64,000 nt of DNA from Phoronis australis (lineage: Eukaryota; Animalia; Phoronida). Made by a program: the position numbers and the translations under genes. The notes under the pieces were generated by a model that was not told the DNA's origin, made no database searches, and saw nothing but the letters and a program-made list of their open reading frames with translations. The first letter of the stretch is position 1. Every line of letters begins with the position of its first letter. The stretch lies in NCBI GenBank assembly GCA_002633005.1, contig NMRA01000759.1, positions 61,976-125,975 of the forward strand, read 5' to 3'. Shown here piece by piece: positions 62,465 to 64,000 of the stretch.

Positions 62465-63155
62465 AGGACTTTGTATTATTTGACGATTCGGTTTATTATC
62501 TCCAAACCATTGTAAAGACAAATGTTCACAATACACTACGAAGGTCGACATAGAATTTAAAGAATAATTGAAGCTGTTGATCCATGTTTGCAACTGTTAA
62601 CAATTTTTAAAGCCGTTAACAGACTTTGCCAATTTCTAGGCTCAAAACACCATGGATTATTTCTCAAGGAAGTGATGTTGTGTACCAACAGACCTGTAAT
62701 GAATGTGAACAGTTTTACATCGAAATAACCAACAGGATTCTCAACATTAGAGTCACAGAACATTTTAAAGACACATGCAGTGCTGTTCTTGTCATTTATT
62801 GACCACTGGTCACACAATTGATAACTCTGATGTTCAAAGTCTTGACAAGGATAATGCCACCTTCAGGCTCCTCTTTTAAGGAATCTTATTCATTTACACA
62901 TGCAGCTGACTCACAGTGAATGCAATATGAATAGAACCATTAGATCATTCAATGAAGTAAATATCTACCTCATTGGTTCACTTAAGCCCAACTGTTTTGA
63001 ATTCAGGTCTCTCCCCTCACAATGCATTTTGAAATGTAACTCTGCAGATTGTTCTAGTGCTGTGTTACCTAACTGGAATATTGTGAACATTTGTCTTGAG
63101 AATGGTTTAGTGATTACATGTATAAACCGAAACTTCGATTAATACAATATCTGTT
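62465..63155 (+). mobile_element. 5'-truncated Penelope-like element: degenerate GIY-YIG endonuclease, 3' pLTR with hammerhead, inverted 5' pLTR copy
   Basis: From 62671 the + frame reads SDVVYQQTCNECEQFYIEITNRILNIRVTEHFKDTCSAV, then after a frameshift HLLTTGHTID..KES. 63080-63148 is an inverted copy of 62470-62533. Confidence 0.8.
63085..63150 (+). ncRNA. Putative minimal hammerhead ribozyme (U3-A8 core variant) in the Penelope pLTR
   Basis: TTGAGAA (63096-63102), stem II GGTTT/AAACC, GAAAC (63129-63133). Stems I/III and the cleavage site were not resolved by eye. Confidence 0.5.
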
Positions 63156-64000
63156 TCGATATGCGCTGCTTTTAAATCCCGTTATCATTTTTGGGACAAA
63201 AACAAATAGAACCGAATATACTATTTGATGTTTTTTGTACAAAAGGCCGCCAGTAAGAACCTGTTGTTGGCTGGGAGAAATTTTAACCCATGACCGCGAG
63301 ACAAAATGAGGCCGTCTTCATCGTTCAGACATACATACATGTAGAATGCCTACAGTAGGTCTATATCAAACAAGCTTTTTGAGATTTCAGTTTGAGCGAC
63401 AATATCACACGGAAGTGGGTTACGTGTTGCTGTGGATCTTGCTACATTTGACTGAAAGACAAAATCTCGAGGTCCACTCTCTGGCAGATTTGAATAAAGT
63501 GAAACGTCAAATTCAACAGACTTTCTCATTTTGGGTTGAAATCTATAATATGCAGTGGGCGTTTGGATAAATACACAGACTAGTCTATAAGATCCTACAT
63601 GATCTGAACAAGAACTGATATTGGAAGTCCTCATGTTTTTCTAACACACTTGTTTCTCATACTACTGGTGTTAACATTGTGACATTGATGTGTAACGAGT
63701 GAAATAAATATGCCCAAAGTCTCTTGAGTAGTGCAGACTCAACTGTTTCCATTAAGGATGTTTGACACAATTTGTCAAGAGTCCGTATTTAGCATCCATT
63801 CTTATAAAACATTGACCAATGATTACACATTTGAATACAATTTTTAATTCAGTATTATTTGGTTAGAAATATGTTGATTTTATGTCGCCTTTTTAGTTTT
63901 GCGTTTGTTAATTGTGCACGACATCTGATTTCAAAATCATGTCATACTAATTAATCCGCTAAGCAAAGTATAGACATAGCGATGAATTTATTTAAACATT

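Noticed and set aside
63346-63570. 74-aa ORF faintly resembling a Tc1/mariner C-terminus
   Set aside because: No DDE motif or TIRs seen; similarity too weak.

Overview
AT-rich animal genomic DNA, most likely a marine bilaterian invertebrate (taxon inferred, not proven), with two assembly gaps (11966-12533, 26871-27480). Three spliced protein-coding genes lie on the + strand and could be rebuilt exon by exon with consistent phases. They are the 3' part of a copine (C2B + vWA, 11 exons, 3650-19609), a complete monofunctional peptidylglycine alpha-hydroxylating monooxygenase (PHM, 12 coding exons, 345 aa, 23302-32771) and a complete carbonyl reductase 1-like SDR (8 exons, 277 aa, 36999-47981, one GC-AG intron). 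The rest is dense with mobile DNA: a young 5'-truncated L1/Tx1 LINE with a 13-bp TSD in a PHM intron, Helentron/DINE-1-like elements carrying arrays of CTCF-consensus motifs, Penelope-like elements with U3-A8 hammerhead motifs, a 3.8-kb CCC-ended CACTA-like element, MITEs, tRNA-derived SINEs and a THAP/SWIM transposon relic. The best leads are the catalytic Ser->Ala change in the carbonyl reductase, the Tyr79-equivalent->Leu change in PHM, the transposon-borne CTCF arrays, the hammerhead motifs, a perfect 111-bp double-CRE palindrome and a small palindromic repeat/unique-spacer array. I found no clear evidence of a wholly new multi-gene system.
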